Positions 1 to 12,940 of a stretch of DNA of 64,000 nt are shown here, piece by piece (positions within the stretch are counted from its first letter, which is position 1; each line of letters opens with the position of its first letter). The translations under genes and the position numbers were made by a program. The notes beneath the pieces were generated by a model. The model saw only the letters and a program-made list of their open reading frames with translations. It was not told where the DNA came from and did not search any database. The stretch covers positions 157,170,001-157,234,000 of the forward strand of contig OX597816.1 of the NCBI GenBank assembly GCA_951406725.2, in the 5' to 3' direction. This stretch comes from Octopus vulgaris (lineage: Eukaryota).

Positions 1-484
1 ACATATATGATGTCAAAGGCCACAAAAATATGTTGTTTCTTAACATATAATTGTATAAAGGACACTTCTGTCAACATCATGACATTTGAAGCTGGTTAGG
101 TTGAAAATAGTGAAAATTGCACGAGTTTGATACTTTTTATTTACTGAAGATACTTAAATCATGACTTTTGTTTTCACTTTTGTACTTGCTTTAACTTTAA
201 ATGACATTGAAGAAACTGTTTTCAAAGCTATGTCAAGTTCTACACATGGGTTTGCATTTGATGAAGTAAAATCTATGCTTAGTGATGGGGACAATGCCAA
301 AACATTTGAGTTCGTGAAAAGTTTTGATGTGATAGAGAAAAATGGATTTTGTTTTTAAAAACAGTACCCAACAATTAGTAGGAAATATGTCTCCAGCATC
401 AGATAACAAAAACCAGTGTCCCCAGTGTAATTGCTTGATTGCGAGCCTGTATGCGCTTATGTTAATGAAGTTATGTTATTGTAA

Positions 485-487
<3 letters not shown>

Positions 488-544
<57 letters not shown>

Positions 545-562
545 ATGTGTGTGTGTGTGTGT

Positions 563-610
<48 letters not shown>
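488..610. repeat. (TG)n microsatellite
   Basis: Near-perfect TG run; explains the CVCVCV ORF at 342..677. Confidence 0.97.
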
Positions 611-614
<4 letters not shown>

Positions 615-1189
615 TCGTGCGTGTCTGCTCGAATGAGCTTTAATAAACTAAGAATTTTAAAATTTGATAGATTGTAAATTGCAGGCTGGAATATTCACGG
701 TTGATTATTCATATTCATTTGATTTTTCGCATATCATCCGTAATATCATTACGTACGGTATGCGTTTGACCTCATGTCCTCTTCATATTGTTTTACGTCA
801 TGCAATGTATTCTTATAAAAATAGACAATAAAAATGTAAATACAGCTATAGAAACCGTTAAATATTGTATCGATTTATAAAAATTATAAACGTTATACAA
901 GTATTATAGGATATCGCTGCAGTATAATGGGCTTATGTGGTTGTTCTGCTTTATACTGATACATATCATAGAGTGATATGAGGGCAGCAATTACATTCTA
1001 AACCTCGAATGATATGAGAATATTTAGATTCTATTTAAATTGTGCTATCGAGTGAGATTAATATATCATTTAAGAGTTCTAATGAAGACGTTGATGAAAC
1101 TGAATTATATTCTAGACGCATGAAATTGTTTTTGCGTGTTTATTGATAGTGTTAATTAGTAGTTTGGGTTATTCGAATAGTGGGTTATA

Positions 1190-2416
1190 TTAGGTTGTTC
1201 CGAAAATAATGGCCGATTTCAGAAACATAATTTTATTCTGGAAAAATTAACAATAGAAATGTTTTGATTAGTCAAAGTATGAGACGCGAACATCTGTGCA
1301 TCTCTGCCATCGATCAATGAGATTATTTATGCCTCGTTGATTAAATATCATTGGCTTTGATGCTAAGAAATCTTAGAAAGCTGATTCCACGTCTGGTTTG
1401 GACCTGACAGTTTTATCTCTTAAAACTATGTTTAAATGTTTTAAAAAATGGTAGTCACTGGGTAAATGATCAAGGAAGTATGGAGGATGTCGTAAAGTCT
1501 AGCATGCCACGGTTGTGAGTTTCTGCAGCGTCATTCTTGCAACATGTGGCTTAGCATTATTGGACCACGCTGATTCACCAATGCAGGTCTCATGTTTTGC
1601 AAGTGAGCATGTATTTCAGCGAGTTCATTACAGTAAACCTCTGCTGTAATGCTGTGATTGGTTTCCAGAAAGCTGTAATGGACAACACCAATTTCAGATC
1701 ACCAGACAGTCACCATAGTCTTTTGCTGATGCTTTGGGGAATGTTTGGTGAACTCATCACGATCAAGTCATGAGAAGTGGATCCTTTATGATAACCGTAA
1801 ACGATCACGTTTACGGTTATCATAAAGGATCCACTTCTCATCACAAGTGACTATTTGGTCAAGAAAGGGATCATTGATGTATCGCCGAACTTTTTCATTT
1901 TCACTGAGTTCATGCGGTACCCATTTATCAAGCTTTTTAACCTTACCAATCTTCTGTAGATTGTATGAGACCGTTGCAATACCGACATTAGGTACTTGAG
2001 ACATTTCTCTGACACTTTGACGTGGGTTTTTTCAACAATTGCTTTCAATTGTTCATTGTCAAGACTGCGGACTGTCTTCCATCTTCAAGGCTCTCATCAC
2101 CACGACGGATTTTCTGAAACCACTTTCTCCCTCTCCTTATGCTCTGTTGATATTGGCAGCAATTATGGAAGCATTGTTCCCAAACTTAAAGTCATGCAAG
2201 AAAAGTAAACGAAGGTCCTTTTTTGTCAGGTTAATATTTAGGGGCGCCTATGCTTCAATAATGTTTTCTATCTGAAATAAGTAGAGAATTATTAAAGAGC
2301 ATACATCAATAATTAAGTATGTCGAAATTCACCTAAAATATAATTAAAAATACTATGATAAAAATACATTTCAAAACACAGCACTTAGACCAGCCATTAT
2401 TTTCGGAACAACCTAA
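1190..2416 (-). mobile_element. Mariner (Tc1/mariner) DNA transposon, near full length, decayed transposase
   Basis: 24-bp TIRs ttaggttgttccgaaaataatggc (1190) / gccattattttcggaacaacctaa (ends 2416); TA on the left side; minus-strand WVPHEL and IVTCDEKWILYDN motifs; ~1.23 kb. Confidence 0.93.
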
Positions 2417-3398
2417 TTAGATGGCGCATTATACTTTACTTTCTATGCTTTAATCATAGAGGGTAATTCAACGGAGTTAATTTAATAATGTCAAGTATTG
2501 TTTATAATTTATACTAAAAATCAGGTGTCGTGGAAACAAGATTTTAGCAGATCGCTATCACTATTCAGACCGTTTATAGTTTGGAAAATTATGATAACGT
2601 TGTCTGCTACACAAATCTAGCACTAACGGTTTGTTGTTGTGTTATCTGTATCTAAAGGTGTAGGCCAAATATGCGCCTGTAAATATTTATCATTCTGACA
2701 TTTTCCTGAAATGTGTACGGCCGGAATATATATATGAACACTTGACAGGGCTTTCCGACTTTGCAATTAATCATCACCCCCACTTTAGTTTTACTTCCAA
2801 GCGACAGTGAACACATCATTGTACAAAAATATCCTCTTCATACACTCCTCGGTGATTACAAGAAAAATAATTTTTCCTTTTTCTGTTCAACTTATTTATC
2901 TGCATTTTATACACACAGTTTATTTTATGTTTCAGTAGCAACTACCCGATATATTCAGAACAACTGACTTTAGTACAGCTCCTATTGAATTTGATGATCG
3001 GAAATTTAAAATTCCAATAATCTGGATATGGAGTATTAAATATTACAATAAAAACTAATTTTCGCCATTTGCTATTGAAAGCTGTTTCACCAGGTTTTTT
3101 TGTCTCTATTTAAATAATATATACCAGCACACACAGACACATACACAAACACGCATACACAAACACACACTCATACACACACGCGAACAGACACACACAC
3201 AACTACTATATAAAATACACTTTGTGTGTGTATTCGCTTTTCACACAAAAACAGCTGCACGAATTGATTCCATATTTGGGGTGCTCGAATAATTTGACCT
3301 CGGATACGTAACAGGGTCTTCATTTATTTTTTTATTAAAACTAAATAAAATAAATATTATTGCTTTATATACATATGTATGATTCACTTCTTTAAAAA

Positions 3399-3475
3399 GG
3401 TTTTTCAATGTCAACTTCCGGTATTGATGCAGCAACAGGGTTTTCAATGATTAGTTCCGGTATTGACGTAGCAAG
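3399..3475. repeat. Two-copy ~39-bp tandem duplication
   Basis: ggttttcaatg..ttccggtattga..agcaa occurs twice in tandem. Confidence 0.7.
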
Positions 3476-3654
3476 TACCGCTACCAAGACACGCACATGT
3501 ATGTATAACCGCTTCTGTTTCATTTCAGAACCTGCATTGTTGAGTATTAAAAGTAAGTATTACTTTCTGGGTAATACACTAATATTACACTACGAGCAAA
3601 CAGTGCTATGTTAAAGCTATGAGTTTATAATCCGAGTGAAACTGAGTCCTTCTG

Positions 3655-4018
3655 CTACGACGATGACGGTTCCAGTTGATCCGATCAACGGAACAGCCCA
3701 CGAGTGGAATTAACGTGCAAGTGGCTGAGCACTCTAGACACGAGTACTCTTAACGTAGTTCTCGGTGAGATTCAGCGTGACACAGTGTGTGACAAGACTG
3801 GCCCTTTGAAATACAGGTACTACAGAAACAGGAAGAAAGAGTGAGAGGACGTTAGGGTGAAAGAGTACAGTAGGGTTTGCCACCACCCCCTGCCGGAGCC
3901 TCGTGGAGCTATAGGTGTTTAGCTCAATAAACACTCACAACGCCCGGTCTGGGAACCGCAACCGCGATCCTACAACCGCAAGTCCGCTGTCCTAACCACT
4001 GAGCCATTACACCTCCAC
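3655..4018 (-). mobile_element. tRNA-derived SINE, family B
   Basis: Minus-strand head gtggaggtgtaatggctcagtggttagg with A-box and degenerate B-box; collinear with the copy at 44459-44838. Confidence 0.88.
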
Positions 4019-5189
4019 TCTGCTTGTATACATCTAAACCATACGGTGTTGTTAGTATGTGTGTGTCTGGATGTGTTAGTATTGTGCACTTATGTAATTT
4101 GACGGACGAGTGCTTACATGTTTCATTACTCCATTGTGCTCCTAGTAAGCACTGTCCGACAGTAACTGTCAACATCGTGATTACTAATTTAAACATTTTT
4201 TCATGCATCGTATTTCTTGGGCGACATTATCAAATAATTCTTTCTGCTATAAAATAATACTTTTATGATTCCATTCTGTGATTCCATTGACATTTTTACT
4301 ATTATGATCATTTGCATAAAAATTCTGTAAAAGTTCTCATTGGCAGGTCATGAAGATGGTGCTGGATTAAATGGTTACTTGTTCATCAGATCAGATTGCT
4401 CAGACCTCAAATCAAAATATTTCCAGCTCATAGCCATCTAATTTCCTATTTCAGCATCTATTATATGATGTGTCCTTTTTATCTTAAATCAGATATATGT
4501 ACGTTGACAGAAACTTTGCTGTTGTTTTTAGCAAACTGAATGACCACGTACAAGTTCATTTGGTTTTTCATGTGTATGAGTGTTGATGTGTGTAGTGTGT
4601 TTATATGGTCAAGTAAGGGACGTGTGAATGGGAAGGAGCGGGGTGTATTCGCGTTGGAAAAAGTGTTAAATCTAAATATAGTTCACGCTTGTTTACGTTT
4701 AATCTTAATTTAAAGAAAATTGATTCTTGTTTTTCTGATATCTCGTTCATGTATAATTTTTGTGTGATTTGTTTTTTATTATATTTCACTGTCATTTCCG
4801 AAATTGAATTCCAAAAGCAATAAATGAATTAATAAATAAAACGAAAACAACTTAATTTTTAATAATAGCAAAGAATTATAAAGATTAAGTATACAAGGAA
4901 TAAAAAGCATCGCCTGAATGACAATCAAAGATTGAAAACAAACCACAAATAAATAAATAAATAAATAAATAAATAAAGATACGATTATAGAAAGATGTGT
5001 GATCAGTTCAGCTTGATCAAAATAGAAATAATTGTGAAAAATGAAATTAAAACGCACAAAGTGAAATAAACGAAAATAAACTGGGCCAGCTTAACAAGAA
5101 TTAACAAGAAGTTTCCTCCTGTGTACGAGAAAATAAACATATACAAATATCATATGGAAGTAATTGTAACGAATAATAATAAAGTTGGT

Positions 5190-6470
5190 TTCATATTTTG
5201 GTCGAAGGCAACTTAATGGGGTGTAAGTCGATTATACCAACCCCAATGCTGACCTGGTACTTAGTTTATCGACCCCGAACGGATGAAAGGTAATGTCGAC
5301 CTCGGCGGAATTTGAACTCAGAACGTAAAAACGGATGAAACGCCGCTAGGTATTTTGTCCGGTGCGCTAATGATTCTTCCGGTTCGCCACCATTTTGGCA
5401 CAAGGCCAGCAATTTCGGGGTTAGGAATAAGTCGATTACATCCAACTCATTGTTCAACTGATTCTTATTACATCGGCTCCGAAACGACGAAAAGCAAATT
5501 CGACCTCGGTGGAATTTGAATCCTGAACGTAAATACGAATGAAATGCCGCTAAGAATTTTGTCCGGCATGATAACGATTCTGCCAGCCCGCCATCTTACG
5601 AATAACAATATTATTGCTTTCCTTACGGTGACACTCTGGCATACTCAATAGCACGCCGGACAAAATGCTTAACGGCATTTCATCCGTCTTTACGTTCTGA
5701 GGTGAAATTCCGCCGAGGTCCACATTTCCTTTCATCACTTCGGGTCGATAAAATAAGAACCAGTTGAATACTGAGGCCGATTTACAGCTCTCCAAAACTT
5801 GCTGGCCCTGTGCCTAAATTTCAAACCAATTTTATTGATTGGGGAAGGCGATGATCAATCCCATTGATCCAGTGCTCGACTGGACCTTATTTCATCGACT
5901 TCCAAATGATGAAAGTTAAAATTGACCTCGTCGCAATTAGAACTCAGTACTTAAAGTCGGAAGAATTGCTTCCAGCGTACTAACAATTCTTCTTGCTAAC
6001 CGCCTAATAATAAATGATAATAATCCTTCCTAATATTGTCACAAAGATAACAATTTCGGAGGAGTGGGTCACTTGATTACAATGATCACAGTACTCAAGT
6101 GGTATTATTTATGGACACTGTGAAGATGAAAACCAAAGTAGACCTCAGCAGAATTTGAACCCAGAAATTAGAGTGCCGGAAGAAATGCCACTAAGTATTT
6201 TCTCCGATGTGCCAATTATTCTGTAACCTCGCCACCTATTTCTTTACTACCCACAAGGGGCTAAACACAGAGGGGACAAACAAGGACAGACAAACGGATT
6301 AAACCGATTATATCGACCCCAGTGCGTAACTGGTACTTAATTTATTGACCCCGAAGGGATGAAAGGCAAAGTGATCCCCGGCGGAATTTGAACTCAGAAC
6401 GTAACGGCAGACGAACTACTGCTAAGCATTTCGCCCGGCGTGCTAACGTTTCTGCCAGCTTGCCGCCTTA
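5190..6470. mobile_element. Cluster of about 6 SINE family C copies (Meta/MESC-domain-like), mostly on - and one on +
   Basis: Repeated core atcgaccccgaaaggatgaaaggcaaagtcgacctcggcggaatttgaactc; its reverse complement resembles the MetaSINE central domain (from memory). Confidence 0.8.
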
Positions 6471-6980
6471 ACGATAGTAGTATTTCATTGAACTGTAGGC
6501 ACAAGACATGAAATTTTTTTTTTCCGTCGAGAGCATATATGCCCCAATATTAGACTATTTTCTTTAGTCAGACCACGGCTTTAAGCTTATAAAATATTAC
6601 GATATATATATATAGAGAGAGAGAGAGAGGGGAGGGATACAGACAGATAAATATGACTATAATTAAGGGCAGAGAAGCCACTATGTCTTCATGCTACAAA
6701 AAGACGCCAAATACGTCCAACCACTACAAGATTCATTTCAATATCCTGGCCATTGATAAAATTCATTAATTTTTAATGATTTTATCCTTTAATTATGTTT
6801 AGATGTATTTCATTCACTTCGGAACAGTTTATTTACTTCAGTACTATTCTAACCAAATACACACGTGTAGAGGTGGACTACGAAATTCGATTCGTATATT
6901 TTTGTGGATATTTATATTTACTCGTATTTATGCGTGTGCATTTATATGGATATGTATAAATGTTTTCATTTATTGAGCTC

Positions 6981-7046
6981 GATATGTTCTACTGATGAAG
7001 GAAGAGTTATTATACTTATCTAGAAATTGATCAATCTAGGATCATC
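6981..7046 (+). ncRNA. Type I hammerhead ribozyme motif (Penelope-type)
   Basis: ttcta-CTGATGA-stem II-GAAA-TTGATCAA (palindrome)-TC-tagga; stem I extends to gatatgttcta/taggatcatc; AUC cleavage triplet. Confidence 0.8.
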
Positions 7047-7275
7047 CGAATTATTTTACGAATTTTTGGTCTGTCCACTTTTTCCCGATTTCAACCTGTT
7101 CGCACGTGATATGAGTACACACTGCTCCTGAACCAGTTGTTGAGTGTCCCACCCAAGAGGAATCTATAGTAGATGTGTCGAAACAATTGTCGTGATTAAT
7201 AATAAATTCTCGTATATTCCATCTTCTGTCATTCATTTGCCTTATGTGTGTGTATGTCTGTGTTTGTGTGTATGT

Positions 7276-7325
<50 letters not shown>

Positions 7326-8001
7326 CATGCCCACAAACACACATTCATTATATATACATTTATAAATAGAAGTACTGACGCATGCACACAGAAACACACA
7401 AACGCACATATGTATATATACATTCACACACACACACACCACATATATATTTATTTCTGCATGCATTGATAAACATATTAACATACCTATATATGTATCG
7501 TCGTGTCTGTATGCATGCTTATATATGTATAGCTCTCTTTGAAAGGCCGTCTTTTGAAGTGTGTCCCTGATTGAAGTGAAATTAGACACTTTGCAAACAG
7601 GCTTCCTAATTGTGACTTGCGGGTATATTTTTGTATGTATACGAAGTTCTGCTTTGTTTTTCTGTATGGAGAGTATCAATCTATTTAAATCTACTGTTTA
7701 TATTTATTTTATATATATTCATATTTATTAAAGCACCATTCATTTAGTTTTAATAGTTTCATATATATAATTGGTTATAGGATTCAATGGAATCTAGGCA
7801 CATTAACACATAGGTCCCCAGAAATGGCTGGGTACAATAACATAGGATTCACAGTGAGACAGACATCAAGGAAGGGATTAAGTATTGGCGGGATACTGTA
7901 GATATGTAAATAATAAATCCAATCTAAAACGTTGATCCGACTCAGGATCTGGTTAAATGTGTGGGGCAACAATAAAAAGAAAACAGGAATGGAATTTAAA
8001 A

Positions 8002-8084
8002 TTCACGACAGCTGTTTTTGTAGAATTTTATTGATGTGTCCATAGATTACATCACATCAAATAATCCAGAATCTTCAGGTACAA
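8002..8084 (-). ncRNA. Degenerate hammerhead ribozyme motif
   Basis: Minus strand gtac-CTGAAGA-long stem II (ttgatgtg/cacatcaa)-AAAA (GAAA mutated)-CAGCTG-TC-gtga. Confidence 0.6.
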
Positions 8085-8964
8085 TTTTAATCACGTATGA
8101 AACAGCTGAGATACAGCGAACAGTATTGGATAAGTCTGAAACGTATAAAAGAATAAAATAATATATATATAAACTCAATAATTTTGAGATATATGGATAA
8201 GAAATTTAATAAATGTAATTGCGTGAACTGCATAAAATGGTCTCATTTTGATACATTGGAAACTTCTTAATCAAGGGGTGACTGCACTTCCATATTAAAT
8301 CTCCGCGAAAATACTCTTGCTCTCTATTCCCTATTGAGTACTGATGGGATTGGCTCTCCTGCATTTGTAAATGGAGAGAAAATTAGCTTCGTGCTCGCTA
8401 AGATTTGGTTTTCCATAGTATCATTCTCTACCTGCGAATCTTATATCTTTGTTTCTGTATTTCGGTAGTTTTAGGCACCAGATGGATGTTTTCATTTATT
8501 TTCATTTTTTGCCGAGGGTGGAGCAGAAATTTTGAGTGCTTATTGGGCTTTTATTTCGTATTACTAACTTCTTTATCTGTATTTATATGTCGGAGAATTA
8601 TTTGAATTCTTGTAATCATTCCGGGTAATTGAGTATAGTGTGAGAATTTTACCCAGATGATCTGTTTGATTATGGCATATTCGAAATTCTCAATGGATTT
8701 TAGAACAGCCTGCAGTATCACTTTAATTCAAATCCTATATATATAATCTGGTTGTTCTCTAAGTACAATTCTTAGGAAAGCAGCTACCATATCTTTCAAA
8801 ATCCCATGGTTGGCCACATAAAAGGCAACAAAAGAGTCGTGGAGGAAGCTACCCTCATGAGGGTAATTTCACGTCTAAACTGTAGCTAACGGGAAATATA
8901 ACTGGAGTGTGTACACTCTTTGGGTGAAAATCTGAGGATTAATACATACATTCGTAATAAATAT

Positions 8965-9312
8965 TCTTTTCTACTCTAGGCAGAAGGCTCGAAATTCTAG
9001 GGGAGGGGTCAGTCGATTAGATCGACCCCAGTACGTAACTGCTACTTAATTTATCGACCCAAAAAGGATGAAAAGCAAAGTCGAGCCAGGCGGAATTTGA
9101 CCTCAGAACGTTAAGATAGACGAAATACCTATTTCTTTACTACGCACAAGGAGCTAAACACAGAGGAGACAAACAAGGACAGACAAACGGATTAAGTCGA
9201 TTATATCGACCCCAGTGCGTAACTGGTACTTAATTTATCGACTCGGAAAGGATGAAAGGCAAAGTCGACCTCGGCGGATTTTGAACGGCAAACGAAATAC
9301 CTATTTCTTTAC
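8965..9312 (-). mobile_element. Two head-to-tail SINE family C copies
   Basis: Same core as 5190-6470; the junction aaatacctatttctttacta is repeated. Confidence 0.8.
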
Positions 9313-9984
9313 TATTGCTTCGATAGGTCCCCATGTACGGAGAACAATTGTATATTATGTAGGATGAACCCACAGGTGAACTGTAAGACGAGGAATGTAG
9401 TCTGTAGCTTACAGTTTACTGAATGATGGTGCAGAAACAAAACAACTTACATTGCGGAGACAGGAGACACATAGACACACGTGCGCATACACACACACAG
9501 ACAAACGCACACACAGACAAACACACATACACACGCACACACAAGCGCACAAGCATACGCACACACACACACACACAGATGCAGACGCAAACGTATGTGC
9601 AGATAAAGATACAGCAAGAGTGGCAGTTTTTTATTAATTCTTTCAAGATGCGCTCCGCCATCTTGTTGAATTATAAGTCATTCCATGCCCACCGAACTTA
9701 TTTAGTGGGCCGAATATGGCCCCACGAAGGGCTAAACAAGCAGAAAAACATGTGATGAGTCCTTGGTGTTTCAGTTAACAAGATGGAACAAATGAACAAC
9801 GAAACAGCGTCACCAAACGGGAGTAAACAAATGTTTTCAAAACGAACTTACTTGGAGCGTTCGAAGACATCCAATGTCAACAACAACAATAATAATAATC
9901 ATAAAAGCAATGATAATACGAGCCAATCCCGCAACACAACCCTAAACTATAATTTGTCTATGAATAGTACAGCATCTTCCCTGT

Positions 9985-10102
9985 CCACAACTGCCGGTCC
10001 GAGACTGAATGCCCGCTGCAAGCCAACTCCAGACGGTTTAACGTAGAAAACAAATGCATGTCCACAACATATTACATAATTCTACTATTAATTTTAAACA
10101 GA
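9985..10102 (+). mobile_element. Penelope-like (Neptune-type) linker/GIY-YIG fragment, 5' part
   Basis: HNCRSETECPLQAN (CxC..CPL motif) and degenerate YYI.STINFK; continues at 12648. Confidence 0.55.
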
Positions 10103-10141
10103 TAGGCGCAAGAGTGGCTGTGTGGTAAGTAGCTTGCTTAC

Positions 10142-12256
10142 AGGTTGCTTCTGCTCATGTGCAAGTCAGTGTTGTACTTGACACCGAAGATGTAAGACGT
10201 GTTTTTGAAAGCCGTCTTAAATTAAGGTAAGAATTTTGGGGGTCTAGTGGGGACCTGTTGTATGTTGCAAATTATTTTTACAAGCAACAAGTCCTCACTA
10301 GGGTGTAGTCTGCCGGAGGCTGAGTGAAAATATTATTCACTTAATTGTGAAAATTATTAGTTTGGTAGGCGTATCCTGCCAAACTTCTGTTTGAAAATAG
10401 TGTTGTTCCTGTTAAGGAGTACCTAGAAGAAATTTAGAATGATTTTTAACTGTCTTACAGTTGTGTTAAATTTTGGCCGTAACGGTTAATTGAGAATTTT
10501 TTTGAAAATTCCTCTTGTGAATTCTAGTGGGCGTATCTCGCCAAAAAAATAAGAATAAACCATTTGGATTACCTTTTTGGAGTATTATACAAAGGATTCC
10601 CTGTCTGTGCTATTTGTGAGATTTTTCTTTTACTTTTCCCTTCTTCTATTATTTCTTTCTTTCTAAAAATTTTTGATTCATTCTTTTCATTACTTTAATT
10701 TCAGTTTCTTACCCTCCTCTTTTATTTTGTTTTATTTTTATTCGGTTTAATTTTTTGGCAGACTGTCTTTTGAACTACTTTTGAACTGTTTTTTGACATG
10801 GCAGAGAAGGAATTTAACAAGAAAAACTCTGTCTTAGAGTGGGAAATTAACCCGCCTAAGCAATGGTTAAAAGATATGGAAGAGAAGACGGTGGTACGTA
10901 AAACATATTCTAAAGTTCTTAATTCCATCACCGTCTTCCCAAAACAAGTAATAAAAAATGAACTTAAAGAACATTTGTCCTCTGTAAAATATATATCCCG
11001 TGGTGTCAAACATGCAACCGTATGGTTGCTGTTTGACAACGGGGAAAAGGCTAGCCAGTTTGCGAGTCAGCCTTTAGAAGGCAAGGAAATCCTGTTTCTC
11101 CCGTCATATTGTGGAAGAAAATTAATACGAGCCTGGATATGTGGCCTCCCCCCGGGCACCGAAGCGGATTGAATTGAAGATACCATCCGGCGGGGACTGG
11201 GAGATGGCGGGCCCAGGCTCTTAAATATAAGAGTATTGCCGGCGGCCGATTGGAAAGGGTCAAAAGCGATTTTGACCCTGTGGACCCCATCGGCAGCAAC
11301 AGAACTGGTTTTTCCAGATTTCTTGAAAATGGCTGGCTGCAGGTATCCGGTGATACTTGAGGGACGTCCCCCAACGTGTCACTCGTGCCTGCAGCCAGGC
11401 CACATTAAAAGGAACTGCCCCCAGGACCATGGTAAGGTCCTGGAACAGTCACCAGATGCCACCTCCCCTACCCGGTCAAAGGGAGAGGTGCATGTGGTCG
11501 AGGAGGCTTCAGCCTCCTCAACTCAAAAAGGATTAAAAAGGAAGAAGGCGGGGCAACAATAGTTGCCCGCCGAAAGAACCTAAGGCTTCGGGAGGCGGGG
11601 GAGAGTCTCCGGACAAAGCGGAAGGGCTCCACTCTCCCGAAGCCAGGAAGAAAAGAAAGAAGAACGGGTCATCTCAGCAGGGAGATGTGCTGACTGCATG
11701 TCCCGAAGTTGTGCCACCCACGGTGGAAGAAACCACCCCCACCCTTAAAGATGATCAATTAATTATCTTTTTCTACAAGGGCGGGGAGGTGGAAAAAATA
11801 GTAGAAGAACTTAAAGAAACAGTAGATATGCCCTTCACACGGGATCCCGAATGAGGCATGGGAAATGGCGGGATACAGGAACTCAAGCGGCATTGAAGAT
11901 AATGATGAATATATCGATGTATATATCGAAGAGTAGGAGGTGAAAGACCCTCGTTACAGAGTTTGAAACCTCACCTTATTGGATTATTTTGTAGTGGTTT
12001 ATAACCCAAATTTTGTGTTTTAAGAAAGAAAAAAGAAAATATGTTAAGTAAGAGGTTTTAGTGCCTCCTCATTGTAAAAGGTTCGAAACCTTATATTGAT
12101 TTTTAAAAAACAGAAAATGTGTTTTCGAGAAAAATCCAATCGGCGGGTGTTGGGTTTCGTCTCTCATTTATTCATTATAATTCATTTTCATTCATTAATG
12201 TGTTTGTCCAGCCCGCAAAGCTATTTGTACTGTCTATATGACAAATTTATGAAATA
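10142..12256 (+). mobile_element. ORF1-only non-autonomous retroposon (HAL1/Tx1-ORF1-like)
   Basis: Flanked by 15-bp TSD aagtagcttgcttac (10127-10141, 12257-12271); ends in aataaa; carries a gag-like ORF; no RT or endonuclease motif seen. Confidence 0.8.
10798..11940 (+). pseudogene. Gag/ORF1-like nucleic-acid-binding protein with CX2CX4HX4C zinc knuckle, disrupted
   Basis: ORFs 10798-11172 and 11236-11562 are in the same frame across one TGA; CHSCLQPGHIKRNC knuckle; RRM-like ATVWLLFDN.EKA; basic KRKK tracts; frameshifted continuation to about 11940. Confidence 0.8.
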
Positions 12257-12647
12257 AAGTAGCTTGCTTACGAACCACATGGTTCCGGGTTCAGTCCCAC
12301 TGCGTGGCACCTTGGGCAAGTGTCTTCTACTATAGCCTTGGGCCGACTAAAGCCTTGTGAGTGGATTTGGTAGACGGAAACTGAAAGAAGCCCGTCGTAT
12401 ATATGTATATGTATATATGTATGTGTGTGTGTATACATTTGTGTGTCTGTGTTTGTCCCCCACCCCAACATCACTTGACAACCGATACTGGTGTGTTTAC
12501 GTCCCCGTAACTTAGCGGTTCGGCAAAAGATACCGATAGAATAAGTACAAAGAATAAATCCTGGGGTCGATTTGCTCGATTAAAGGCAGTGCTCCAGCAT
12601 GGCCACAGTCAAATGACTGAAGCAAGCAAAAGAGTAAAAGAGGAAAG

Positions 12648-12940
12648 AGATATTCTGCACATCTAAACTCATTTAGATATGAAGAGCATGGCAAATCCAC
12701 GTCCCTAGCCAACTACATACACCATCTGATAAATAGAAAAGTGCCATGCAGGATATTCTGGGCCATAATAAATTCTGGTGCCCCACACAAGGCCAGCGCT
12801 CCACTTGTGGGCTCTGCCTGAAAGAAGCCCTCCAAACATTAATTCATAATTCACTACAGTTACTCAATAAACAACACGAAGCATTTTCTACTTGTAAGCA
12901 TAAGTTCTTTCACAACTTTAGATTCTTCCATAGGCCCAAA
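12648..12940 (+). mobile_element. Penelope-like GIY-YIG endonuclease C-terminal fragment
   Basis: RYSAHLNSFRYEEHGKSTSLANYIH...CGLCLKE...LLNKQHEAFSTCKH. Confidence 0.75.

Larger units (their letters stand above)
10103..12645 (+). mobile_element. SINE family A (tRNA/CORE-like head, internal microsatellite, LINE-like tail), split by a 2.1-kb insertion
   Basis: Head ggcgcaagagtggctgtgtggtaagtagcttgcttac at 10103-10141 resumes at 12257; matches intact copies at 21588 and 28291. Confidence 0.92.

Noticed and set aside
161-677. ORFs 161..358 and 342..677 as a gene
   Set aside because: No recognisable motif; the second ORF is mostly (TG)n
5190-6470. CRISPR-like repeat-spacer array
   Set aside because: Eukaryotic context; long, irregular, mixed-orientation units that are SINE copies
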